Shown in pieces: positions 27,042-40,047 of a stretch of DNA of 64,000 nucleotides. Under the pieces are notes generated by a model. It ran no database searches and had not been told where the DNA came from. It saw only the letters and a program-made list of their open reading frames with translations. Both the position numbers and the translations under genes were made by a program. The first letter of the stretch is position 1. Each line of letters opens with the position of its first letter. Location: positions 73,607 through 137,606 of the forward strand of contig MU626298.1 of NCBI GenBank assembly GCA_025603075.1, given 5' to 3'. Origin of the DNA: Neoconidiobolus thromboides FSU 785. Taxonomy: Eukaryota; Fungi; Entomophthoromycota.

Positions 27042-28326
27042 AAACGCTAAAAAATAAAATTCACTGACATAATTTAAGCTTTAAGATATTAAGTAAATAA
27101 TAAATTTGTTTAAATGGTTTTTAGGAAGGTTTAAAGTTGTATTTGTAAGGTTTTATAGTTAGTGTTTAAAGGGCGATAAACTAGTAATACTATGTGTATC
27201 AGGATTATAGTATAAGCGTATTAGTGGATATATATTAATAATAAATAGGTTTTATATAAAGTAAATCAAATAATTGAAAAGAGGTTTTTCAATAAAAAAA
27301 AAAAACCATAGCCTTATTTGTACTATAAATAGAATCTATTTGAATCAACATATCAGAGTATTTATTAAAAGATAAAGCCATGTCCGCTTTTTAAACATAT
27401 AAATTGAATAGTATATTAGTTATTCTAAGTAAAAACATGTTTATAGAAACCAAAGTAAAATGGAACAGTAGCTGAACTAATTTTTCTCTTTGTTCCGAAA
27501 TAAATATCTAATTTCCAGAAAATGTATAGGTTTATAAATTAGAAATAAAAGTACGCTTTGAAATATAATTAATCTTCCGTGATTTTTTTTAATGCTATAA
27601 AAAATTGTCATACAGCTGCATATTATCCCATGGACCTTAAGTTCTACAAAGTCATATTCACTTTTTGAAATTGAATTATTTAACAAATCTTTATGTCTCA
27701 ATTTGAATCATCAAATTAGCAAAGTAAAACGTTCAACCTTCTCTTATAGCTAATATTGTTAAGCTTATATGGTGATGTTTTTTACAATAATAAATTACTT
27801 CAAAGCTTAAAGGGGTACATATGACTTTTCATTTAAAAATTTAACTAGGATTTATAAAAAAACTAAATAGCTTAAAAAAGAGATAAAATTTAATAAACAT
27901 CTTTAGTTTAGTTAATTTAAATAATCCTTTTTGGGACAACTCAAAAATATGCAATTAAATGTCTATTTTGGAACAGAAGTACCATTAGATATGTGATAAT
28001 TATAAAATAAAATCTTATTTTTGGTGGCCTCTAAATTTATTAAAAGCTATATTTCCCTAAATAAATAAATACGAAAAATGCCTCATTAATTTATTTAATA
28101 AAATGAAATTAGTTACTAAAAATGAAAAATTAAGATTAATTCAAGAAATTTTAAATATAAATTAGATAAAATATTCTAGTGATTGAAACTACTTTAGATA
28201 TGAAATAGCTTTTATAAAATAAAACTATCATTTTATATAATAACCTTGTTCTTAGTTTTAATAAATTTATAAAAATGTTATTCTATAAACAGAATAAAGA
28301 AATAAAAATATAATTTTTTTATTAAA

Positions 28327-29043
28327 TTAATTAAAATAAAAAATGGCTACTAAAAATAAACTAAAGCTGAAACTAGTCCAGTTTTTAAACACATGCCTAT
28401 GGTCTGAAGTAACAGTAGCTGTAATAGCGGTGTAAGTAGAAACACTAGGGGAATTATCTCCGCCGCTCTTAGTATTATCCCCCATCAGATCTTTAACTAA
28501 GACTTTCTTAATGGTTCCACAGATCAACCTTCTTTTATCAGCAGGATAATGAATAACTATGGACTTATTAATCACGGATAATTTCCCTTTAATTTTAATC
28601 TGATCATCAATAATAGTAAAACGAGAGTTATTACGGCCTTTTAGTTTACCATGTTTACCAGAAAGATCCCCGTGCTGACATGCTTCTACTTTGGCTGAAG
28701 TACATTTATAGTTTTCATTTTTATCATTTGGGTTTTTATTCGTTGGATCCCAATGACCACCTGCACTGTCACAATCATCATTTTTGATTGGTAGTTGATG
28801 TATATGATAAGGGTATTCTTGGCTTTTATCGGAGTCAATGAAATGATTTACAATGAAATCTAATTTGACACTGCCGTTTTTAAATTCGCTCATCAATATA
28901 GAAGCACTTATTGGGTTTTTATAAAATTCCACGTACCCTAAATAGTCTTCATTTTCTTGGTTTTCAACGGATTGAGGTAATATATATTGGATGTATAGAA
29001 AAAGTAGTAAAGCAAGTCTTATTGGGTTCATTTGTTTTAACAT
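28327..29043 (-). CDS. Secreted, probably GPI-anchored Cu-only superoxide dismutase (SOD5-like)
   Basis: Signal peptide; YHIH, GGHWDP, GDLSGKHG, SIVIH, RRLICGTI; no electrostatic loop; S/T-rich spacer and hydrophobic C-tail. Confidence 0.88.
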   Translation of the reverse strand: MLKQMNPIRLALLLFLYIQYILPQSVENQENEDYLGYVEFYKNPISASILMSEFKNGSVKLDFIVNHFIDSDKSQEYPYHIHQLPIKNDDCDSAGGHWDPTNKNPNDKNENYKCTSAKVEACQHGDLSGKHGKLKGRNNSRFTIIDDQIKIKGKLSVINKSIVIHYPADKRRLICGTIKKVLVKDLMGDNTKSGGDNSPSVSTYTAITATVTSDHRHVFKNWTSFSFSLFLVAIFYFN

Positions 29044-29397
29044 TAATTAAAAAATAAATATGCTTATTTCTACTAAATTTAAATTTCTACTATTTTATAT
29101 CTTTTTGTATTCTTTATTAAATGACATTGAACCGCATAATAATTATTAGTTAGTATGATTATGAAATCAACACAATTTGAATTTACTAGAGCTTAAAAAA
29201 ATTTCAAGAAAATTCTCTTCTATTTAAATCTAAGATTAATTCAAGGCACATGTTTATTTCATATGATAAAATAATTTAAATATATTATTATTTGAATAGA
29301 GTTTATCAACTTTTGATATTAGAGCTAATACGACTAATGAAATAAGGAAATCATTCGCTACAAGCACTTGGCCATTTAAAGTATAACTGATTTGTTG

Positions 29398-31375
29398 TCA
29401 AGGTATCAAATTATCATTAGCCTCCTGTTGGAAATAATTACTTTTTACAGTATTAAAACTTTTACTTTTTATATCATAATTTAACATAACATCGTCCATA
29501 AAATCAAAGTTTAGCTTACTAATCATCTTTTTTTCGTTGTTCTTTAACTCTTTCTGTTCACTCACTTCCATGTTTTTACTCATTTGGTTTAATAAATGAC
29601 AATATAAATAATGATATTCTTCTAAATAAATAAACTCCTTTTTTTCTAATATCTCTCTTGTTAATACATTATCCTGATCTGCAATCAAATTAGCTATTAA
29701 TTTTTGATATATCTTACTCATTGCTACTAAATTGCATATTAGCTCGTCTTTATTATTATCATTTAATATGCTGTGATTGTTTTTTATTATTTCTGACTCA
29801 AAGTCTTTAACTAATTGTTCCCTAGTTTGGCTAAACTTGTTCTGTTGTAATTTAATTTTATAATTAGCATGAAGATTTTCTATCCTTTTATACAATACAA
29901 AGGAGCCTAGTTCAGTGCCTATAGATATCAAATAGGTTGCTGCTACTAATCCTAGGAGTGCATACACAATAAACACAACTTTGCCATGCAAAGTCTTGGG
30001 AGTTATATTACCATACCCGATCGTTGTAAACGAGACAAAGCAAAAATTAAAAGATTCAAAATAGGTCCAATTTTCCGAGTACATAAAAATTACTCCACCT
30101 AAAAACCTAGATAAAAAAGTTAATATTGTACTACTATATATTGCTAAATTTATTATTATTTACCAAAATAATAATAAATAAATAATTGCAAAGATAAATT
30201 GCCGTTTTATAATAATCAGTTTTTCCTTATTTACTAGTTTACGCTTTTTTCTTCGAATAAAACTAGCATTTTTATAATCCAATTTAGAGTTCAATAAAGT
30301 AATGATTTGACATTGATTGCTATTATATTTAACATTATTGATTTGATCACTATCATTTATATTTTCACTTTCGTTATTGTCTCTTTCTTTAATGTCCTTA
30401 ATCTTGTTTTTTTTCCTGTTATCTTCGATCTCTTTCAATTTCAATAAAAACTTTGTTTCTATTTTTTCAAGTAATGCAATTCTTATTGCATTAATAAACA
30501 AACCCATAAATACGATACCAATAAGTGCATAAAAAAATAAGAATATTTGCGAACTTTGATTATTGGGAAATACGTCTCCAAATCCAATAGTTGTGTTTGT
30601 TACTATATAATAATATTAGTACATATATCAATTCATTATTGTTGCATGGGTTACCCAAAATAAAATAAAGTCCGTCAACAAAGCCCCAATCTTCAAGGAT
30701 ACAAAATATTATAGTGCCGATTTTACCCCAAACTGTGTTTAAAATTAAGTAAATTATAAACATTCTTTGTTTGTTTACTATTCCACTATTCTTATTTATT
30801 AAATGATTGTTCTTGAAATAATCAATCATCAAAAATAATATTGATGTTGCTGATACTAATATACCAACTAAATTAAGTACAAGATTATAATAATGTTTTT
30901 GCCATCTCTCATAATATATTATTATTGAAATTATTATGCATATTACTATAAATTTTAGTTAATATATTATCATATGGTGCTCTGTATTAAACTTACCATG
31001 TAAAGATAAGAATACTACTGTTAGTAAGGTATTGCTTCGAATCTTTCTTTCCCAAAACCTAAATAGTAGCGTAATAGTACCAATTATTTGAAATATGATA
31101 GCTAATGATAAGCAAGCGATATTGGCTAATAGAAAAATGAATAAAGTTTACTACATTTATTGGAATAACCTACCATTATAGATCTGATATTGCTCCTCAC
31201 TCAGACTTTCTAAACTGATCCAGTTACCTTCCAATGGCGGTATTGTCAATATAAGAGAAAGTGGTGTAACTATACCAACGAGCGTAGGTAAAATTCTTAG
31301 TTCTGGGTGCTTTACCTTATAGTTGTCTTTATCATTATCATTATCATTATTATTTTTGAAATTGTAAAATAGCAT
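29398..31375 (-). CDS. TOK1: TOK-type 8TM/2P outward-rectifier K+ channel, paralogue A (5 exons)
   Basis: Five TM segments before P1 (VTNTTIGFGDVFP, spliced), P2 FTTIGYGNITP; four GT-AG introns at positions shared with B and C. Confidence 0.9.
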
Positions 31376-31688
31376 TTAAATAATCAAAAAGAAAACCTTT
31401 CATTCTTTATAATGATTTTTATTACCAATCTTCTTATATATACTTAAAACATTGTTTCGGTTAATAAAAAATAGGCAATTTATGATCTAAACTAAATAGG
31501 CAATTTTAGTGATAAAATTAATTTTTGTATGTTACAAATAACAAGCTGACTTTAAAATGTCAGTATTCTAACCTCTTCTATATCTACTTCTAAATTTCTA
31601 TATAGTATATCTGTTAATGTGAGATATATAAAAATCCGTGTATTAGTTTTGCCAAGGATGGTTAAAGCGCTTAAACTTTAAACCATAT

Positions 31689-31783
31689 GGGAATGCCTTA
31701 TCTGGTTTCATCTGTTTACTTTTTGTGCTACATGAATTTGAAAAATAATTATTAGTAAATACTGAAACGAGGAAGATGTTCCA
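31689..31783 (-). mobile_element. ~99-bp MITE copy 8, strongly degenerate
   Basis: ATATGGGAATG..TGGTTTCAT..GAAAAATAATTATTAGTAAA resembles the family; right terminus poor. Confidence 0.45.
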
Positions 31784-31957
31784 ATCAAAAACGATATGAT
31801 TTTTGAAGTCCAGAGTTTATATTCTGGGTGATTTTTTATTTTGGTTAGTTTTAAATTAGTGAGTACTTCAATTTAACCAAATTTATAGTATTTTCAGCTT
31901 TTCATGGTTATAGCAAGGAGAATTTTGAACAAGCTTAATTTTTTTAAATAACAATCT

Positions 31958-32039
31958 AAAACAAAAATAAAAACAAAAATAAAAACAAAAATAAAAACAA
32001 AAATAAAAACAAAAATAAAAATAAAAATAAAAACAAAAA
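31958..32039. repeat. A-rich tandem repeat, 12-bp unit AAAAATAAAAAC x ~7
   Basis: Read directly. Confidence 0.92.
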
Positions 32040-32418
32040 GTTTTAACAATATATTATTATTAAGCTGTGAAAATTCACACTATGAAAATTCATTCATATC
32101 TTTTAAATTTTAACTGGGTTATTGAAAATTTTTACTTTTAAGATAAATGTGATGGATCAAAAACTATATTGTAATAAAACATAGGTTGAAAAAACTGGTA
32201 AAATTGAAAAAAGTAAAATTTTGTGTTTTTTAAACTACCCATTAAGAATATTTAGTAATCTTTGTTTAATTTTTTATTTATATGGGTAATATTTAACTTT
32301 TTAATAGTATTGAAAACTAATTTTCAATTATCAATGAATAATAGAAGAACAATAAAGAAAAGAATCAACGAAATGATATAGTTGACAGATTTGGGATTTG
32401 AACTAGCTTTTAAGTTTT

Positions 32419-34403
32419 TCAAGCTAAAGAGGAATTGATAGCTTGTTGAAAGTAATAACTCCTTTCAGAATAACAACTCATTCTTTCTGTATTATAATTT
32501 AACAAAACATCATCCATAAAATCAAAATTTAACTTATTAACCATCTTCTCTTCACTATTTTTTAACTCTTTCCGTTCTTTTAGTTCCATTTTGTTACTCG
32601 TTTGACTTAATAAATGGCAATATAAATAATGATACTCTTCTAAATAAGCAAATTCTTTTTTATCTATTATTTCTTTTGTCAGCACGCTATCATGATCTAC
32701 AATTAAATTAGCTACTAACTTTTGATATATCTTACTCATCACTACTAAGTTTAATATCAATTCATCTTTATTATCATGATTCAATATGTTATCATTATTT
32801 TTTAATATTTCTCTTTCAAACTCTTTAACTAACTGCTCTCTTGTTTGACCAAATTTATTCTGTTGCAATTTAATTTTATAATTAGTATGAAGATTTTCTA
32901 TCCTTTTATACAATACAAAGGAGCCTAGTTCAGTGCCTATAGATATCAAATAGGTTGCTGCTACTAACCCTAGTATTACATACGCAATAAATATGACTTT
33001 TCCGTACGGTGTTTTGGGAGTTATATTACCATACCCGATCGTTGTAAACGAGACAAAGCAAAAATTAAAAGATTCAAAATAGGTCCAATTTTCCGAGTAC
33101 ATAAAAATTACTCCACCTAAAAACCTAGATAAAAAAGTTAATATTGTACTACTATATATTGCTAAATTTATTATTATTTACCAAAATAATAATAAATAAA
33201 TAATTGCAAAGATAAATTGCCGTTTTATAATAATCAGTTTTTCCTTACTTACTAATCTATGCTGCTTTTTTCTGATATAAGTGGCATTTTTGTAGTCCCA
33301 ATTTGAACTCAATAGAGCAATAATAGGATTTTGATCATTACCATCTAGGATATTACTATTTTGATCGTTATGGTCTACACCTCCATTTTCAACACTTTTT
33401 CTTCCATTATTTTTTGTCTTATTTTTTTTCCTATTATCTTCTATCTCCTTTAATTTCAATAAAAACTTTATTTCTATTTTTTCAAGTATAACTACTCTTA
33501 TCGAGTTAATAAATAAACCCATAAATATAATGCCAATGATTGCATAAAAAAACAAAAATACTTGGGAATTAAGATTACTAGGGAACATGTCCCCAAATCC
33601 AATAGTCGTATTCGTTGCTACATAAGATAATATTAATACAAACGTTGTTTTGATTGTTATATAGCTCACCTAAAATAAAATAAAGTCCATCTACAAAATT
33701 CCAATTTTCAATGGTACAGAATATGATGGTACCAATTTTACCCCAAATTGTATTTAGAATTAAATAAATGATTAACATTCTTTGATTATTTACTATTCCA
33801 CTGTTTTTATTCAACAAATAGTTGTTTTTAAAAAAATCAATTATTAGAAAAATTATTGATATAGCTGAAACTGATAGACCAATTAAATTGAATACAAATC
33901 GGTCATTATATTTCCGCCAACTTTCATAGTATATCATTACTGATACTGAGATAAATGAAACTATATAAGACTGATTAACATTGTATTAAGTGGTATAATA
34001 TCTTAAGCTTACCATGTAAAAATAAGAATACTACTGTTAGTAAAGTATTGATCCTAACTTTCTTCTCCCAAAATCTAAGTAACAATGTAATCGTGCCAAT
34101 TATTTGGAATATGATAGCTAAAGATAAACAAGCGATATTAACTAATATATAAATTAAAATAAGGCTATTGTATTATTCTTGTTATTTTAATTTACTTTTG
34201 TAGTTGTAGTATTGGTCTGCATTCAAACTTTCCTTAACTAACCAGTTGCCCTCTAATGGGGGTATTGTGAGTATAAGAGAAAGTGGTGTAATTATACCAA
34301 CGACCATAGGCAAATACCTTAGCTCTGGATGTTTTATTTTATAGATATCCTTATCTTCATCTTTATGATTGTTACTTTCTTTTTTAAATTTACTAAATAT
34401 CAT
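32419..34403 (-). CDS. TOK1: TOK-type K+ channel, paralogue B (5 exons)
   Basis: Same exon layout as A; P1 TNTTIGFGDMFP, P2 FTTIGYGNITP. Confidence 0.9.
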
Positions 34404-35391
34404 TTTACTAATTAAATACTACTTTCTTGTTTTTGAGCATCTTTTATAATACTTATTACTATTCACGTTCTTATTTATATGCACCCCATCATTTTTTGGG
34501 CTAATAAAATAGTTGATTGTGGTCTAAACTTTAGATGTAAATTTAGTAAAAAAAACTACTTTGAGCACATTAAATAAACAATAGTTGACGATAAATAGAA
34601 CATTAAATTCGTTTTACCTTTGAACTAGTTAACTACGGCTTATGTACTTAAATATTTTTTAGCCGATTTTTTTAAAGCCTAGCTCTCATGCTTTAGTAGA
34701 ATTTTAACATTGATTTTATCCTCAAATAAACGGTTAAAAATTTTGTAAAGGAATTGAAATACCTTTAGCTGCTCATTTAAAGGTAAAAGTGGACTAAATT
34801 TTAGCTAAAGCCTAATGAGTTGCTTTGAAAAATTGGTGATACTATCTGTCAGTTTAAACGTCATCAGGCTTTACAATTTGCCACCTTGTTATTTTAGAAT
34901 TTTAATAAGTTGATAGTATCTCTTATAATTAAAATCCTGAGTGAAAACAATAATATTTTAAAGATTTTAGTTGGATTTATACTGAATCAATAATACTAAT
35001 AAAAAATAAAAGTTGTTCAAACCTAAATTTTAAGCAAGTATTTTAATTAAAACCACAACTTTACTATGATAAAGCTTTTAAGGTTTAAATCTTTTTAAAA
35101 ATCTCTAAACTGGAGCATTTGTTTATTTAAGTTTTTAAATTAATATCACTAATAAGTCTACAAAAGTTAATATTGTTTTATGTAGATAAAACATAAAAAG
35201 GTATAAATAAAATCCACTTTTAATTTAATAGCCTTTTTGTCTTGACAAAATTGTTAGCCAAGTAATCTGAATTGTATCTAATACAAATAACAAAATGAAA
35301 ATCTTTTAAAAATAAACTGACTTTATTTTTAAAATTATTATCATTATTTAATTTTTACAAATATATAAATATGAAGCAAACGTAAAGATAT

Positions 35392-36807
35392 TCAAAGCCC
35401 TCTAAGGAAGTGATCCAACGTAATGCCTGAATCAGATTCATGGAAAATCTCAGATTCATCATTTTTTACCATGTCTGTGTCTTCTTCAGATTGGGTACTA
35501 GATTCATCTTCCCACCTGTCATCTGCCAGAGGGGTGAATGAAGTGATGGTATTAGGTGTTATAGGAATAGCCGTGGATTGAAAACTATTGTCAGATGTCG
35601 ATGGATACTTTATTTCTCCCAAACTAATATCGACTTCTGGAATACTACATGCCAATGATCTAGCTACTTGATTTTCTTGATTAACGTCACTCATATGGTC
35701 GTCCTTTTCTGGAACAGGAGGGGGAAGCGGATCATCTGCAACATTTAAATAAACCGAGGACTTATGCATTTTTAACTCAATCGGCGGATTTTCTTCTTTC
35801 AGTGTCGTGCTTGAATGTGTTGAATGCATATTTCTTATTGATTTTATAGCAGCAAACAAGGAAGGATCTAGTAAAAATGCAAAAAGATTTAATAGTCCTG
35901 GAGAATCTAATTTGATAATTGTCAATACAGAATGTAGTATATATTATTTTTATAGTTACCAGTTCCAACAAAAGACCACCATACTAGAACTTCGTGTGGG
36001 CTGGTAGGGTTGTGATAACTGTAAATTTGAGAAGCAACATATCCAATCTGGGTTAAGACGGGGATAAGGCAATATAATGATCTATATATTTTGTTAGTAT
36101 GCTGTAAATTAAAAATTAATTTAATATTACATTCTTCTTATTAACCTTTTTAAGCTTTTTTGCACTTTTTCATTGATATTAACTCTTTTTCCTTTTTCAT
36201 CAGTGTAGTATTCTGGTTCACATATACGGTTTATGATTGTAACTTTGCGATTTAAATTAAAAATCACTATAATAACAATCAATGTACAATAAAAGCATCC
36301 AGCTAATACCCAACTATGATATGTAGCCCATATAAATATTTGTGTGTTGGGGGAAAGGGAATCTTTATAAGTACAGTATAGGGTATCTTCATCAAAGCCT
36401 AATTGATCCATAGCTAATGGTACCGCCATTATACCAAATGCACTGACTATAGAAACACACCAATACCACTTTTCCCATTTACTATTGAACCTCAAACCAT
36501 TGACGAATGTAAGCTGTAAATTTAATGCTATACATATTGTCAAGAACATATATAATAATGTAAACACAGGTATTAAATAAGCCAATAGCACACATTCAAC
36601 TCCAGGGGTGTCAACAAATATATATATTAATATTGATACTGCTTTTAGGAAATCAACAATTGAAATAGCTAAAGTAAATCTCAAAGAGACACGATCCATT
36701 AAACGACGATCGATTACATATACGAATACCATCATTGTAATTACTATTATACTAGCAACTGCAGATATCACATTTAGGGCAATGCTCAATCCCCCACCAA
36801 AATCCAT
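35392..36807 (-). CDS. 7TM GPCR-like protein (Git3/cAMP-receptor-like), 2 introns
   Basis: Seven hydrophobic helices; DRVSLRFTLAISIVD, LTICIALNLQLTFV, extracellular Cys (VEC, YCTY), TM7 GLLNLFAFLLDP after splicing; long acidic C-tail. Confidence 0.82.
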
Positions 36808-37679
36808 TTCTGTACTTTGTTATATTTTAAACTAAAAATAAAATTCATCTCATGCTCATATGTATATTTATATATATTATTCAAAACAAATCTAAAAAGG
36901 TCTAAAGAATGAAGCTAAATCATATTAAAAAGTACTAGAACTATTAGCTCATTGCATATATTTTACTTTATTGTTTAATGGGTAGCAATTGTTGAATAAC
37001 TTGGAACCTCTTTTTAATTTAAGATTTGGAGCTAAATTAACTTAAATTATAGGTACTTTGATATAAATATAATATTAATAGATTTTATTCTAATAAACTT
37101 AGGTTTAATAAAAGTATTTATAACTACTTATAGGAACTGTGATATTTATGTTACTATTTATCAATCATGGTATATAATTTTTTCATAAATCAACTACCCT
37201 GAAGTAAAACCCCAATTAGATAGTTATAAAGGTTTGAAAGAGTAAATCTAAACAGTTCTAGACAAATTTTCAAATTTTTCAATAAAAAATAAACTTATTT
37301 GAACAAAAAACTAAGTAAATATTAACAGTTTTTACTATTTTAATTGTTTTTTGTAACTTTTGCTGATTCATTTAATCTACTTTAATGTTTTTCATTCTAA
37401 TAATGAAGTGTTTTTTAGAGGTGTTAAAAGATTGATGTTTAATTTCTATTTCTAAGTGTTCAGCTATGTTATCACTTCAGAAGACAGCTACTTTCTAAGA
37501 AAAGTGTAGATAGTTTTTTTGAGACTTATCCCTATTCAGGGATAAATTATAGTGTAAAAAAACATATAAACTATATTATTAACATTATTCATAAGAGCTC
37601 AATAGTTTGATTTCAAATAGAAATACCAGTATGAAGGAAACCTTGCCAAGGATGCTTCTAGCTTTTTTATCTTATATTT

Positions 37680-37778
37680 GGGGGTATTTTTTTTGATTTC
37701 ATCACTTTTTTCATCTTTTAAGCTCTATTTGAGCGGGAAAATTGTTAGTAAAATTCTTAAACCCAAAAATACATCCTC
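37680..37778 (-). mobile_element. ~99-bp MITE copy 9, TSD ATTT
   Basis: GGGGGTA...CATCCTC; direct repeat ATTT at 37676-37679 and 37779-37782. Confidence 0.87.
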
Positions 37779-38033
37779 ATTTGTTAAATCATTTTAGATT
37801 ATAAAATAATCCACCTTAATTTATCATTGACAAACTTGGCACATTGACTTAAACTAACCTAAAAGTAATTTTTTATAATCAAGTATTTTTTGAAAATGAT
37901 TTGATACTTATAATTGCCTAAAAATCTGAATAAGACATCGATAGAATATAAATATAGTGATCAAATTAATTTAAATAGATATCAAACCAAAATCAAAACT
38001 AAAGACACACTCTTTTTATTAATTAAACATTCA

Positions 38034-40047
38034 TTAAGGTACTAAATCATTATCCGCCTGATCCATATAACCACTCTCTGGATTATTATCATTGGAATGT
38101 AAAGTATCGTCCATGAAATCAAAATCTAACTTACTAATAATTTTATTTTCACTTTTTTTCAACCTTCTCTTTTTATTCAATTCCATTTTTTTACTCGTTT
38201 GATTCAATAAATGGCAATATAAATAATGATATTCTTCTAAATACACAAACTCTTTCTTATCCGTTATTTCTTTTGTTAACACACTATCATGATCTGCTAT
38301 CAAATTGGCTACTAGTTTTTGATATATTTTACTCATTGCTACTAAATTACATATCAACTCATCCTTATTATCACCATTTGTTGTACTATCATAATCAGTC
38401 ACAATTTCTCTTTCAAACTCTTTTATTAATTGTTTTCTTTTGTGATTAAACCTATTATGATGTAATTCCATTTTATAATCAGCATGGACATTTTCTATTT
38501 TCCTATGCATGGTAAAGGCTCCCAATTGAGTACCAACGGATATCAAATAGGTTGCTGCTACTAAACCCAATATAGCATAGCCAATAAATATGATTTTACC
38601 GTGGAATGTCGTAGGTGTAATATTCCCATACCCAATTGTTGTAAATGAAATAAAACAAAAGTTAATGGCATCAAAGTAAGACCAATCTTCTGAATACATA
38701 AAAATAACCCCACCCAAAAACCTATAGACTCAAATCAATTAGTTTTAACTTTAGGTTTAGTTTATAACATTATAGTCTTTACCAAAACAACAATAAATAA
38801 ATAACAGCAAAAAAAAACTGGCGCCTTATAATAGCTGACTTTTCTTTATGAGCTAACTCACGTTGTTTTTTTCGAATAGAACTAGCATTCTTATAGTCAA
38901 AATTGAAATTTAATAGATTGACGACACCACTTTCTGTTTGATTTTTGATCCTTGTATTTATGTTATCATTTTGGCTACTACCTATTGCATTATCGCTGCT
39001 ATTTTGATTATTTTTCATCGCATTTTCACTTTCATCACTTTCATTTTCATCGCTTTCATTTTCACTTTCATTGATACGTTCTTTGGTGCTCTTTTCAACC
39101 TCTTTCAGTTTTTTTAAAAATTTGTTTTCTATCTCTCCAAGTAGTACTATTCTTATTGAGTTAATAAAAAGACCCATAAATATAATTCCAATAAATGCAT
39201 AAAAAAACAAGAATAGTTGTGAACTTCGGTTGTTAGGTGTAATATCTCCGAACCCTATAGTTGCATTCGTTACTATACAAAATAGAAAACAATAAGTAAA
39301 GATTTGGATTGAGGTCATTCCGTAACTTACACAATACGAAATAAAGCCCATCCACAAACTCCCAGTCTTCAAGGATACAAAATATGATGGTACCGATTTT
39401 ACCCCAGACAGTGTTTAATATAAAATAAATTATTAACATTCTTTGTTTATTTACTATTCCACTATTCTTGTTTATTAAATAATTGCTTTTAAAATAATCT
39501 ATTATTAAAAGTAATATCGATATTGCTGATATAGATATGCCAATTAAATTAAGTATTAATTTATAATAATACATTTGCCATCTTTCATAATATATTACTA
39601 TCGAAGCTATTATGAATAAGACTAAATAAAGTTGATTAGTGGTATTTATTGTATGATATACATTATATTTACCATGTAAAGTTAAGAATATTATTGTTAA
39701 TAATGTATTGATTCGAATCTTTTTCTCCCAAAATCGAAATAACAGTGCAATTGTGCCTATTACTTGAAATATAAAAGCTAATGATAAGCAAGCGACATCA
39801 GCTAATAAAATAAATAAACCAATTGATACTAGTGTTATTATCATGATTTACCTTTAAAATCGTGATAATAATCAACGCTTAAGTTTTCCGTATTTACCCA
39901 ATTACCTCTTAATGGTGGTATTGTAAGTATGAGTGAAAGTGGGGTTATTATGCCTACTAAAGTTGGTAGATACCTCACTTCTGGATGCTTTATTTCTTGA
40001 TTTTCTTTGTTATCATGGGCCTTTTTATTTTTGAATTTATTTAACAT
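38034..40047 (-). CDS. TOK1: TOK-type K+ channel, paralogue C (5 exons)
   Basis: Same exon layout; P1 VTNATIGFGDITP, P2 FTTIGYGNITP. Confidence 0.9.

Noticed and set aside
31645-31685. GCCAAGGATGGTTAAAGCGC, resembling a tRNA D-arm/A-box
   Set aside because: No T-arm/B-box (GTTCRA) or acceptor stem follows.
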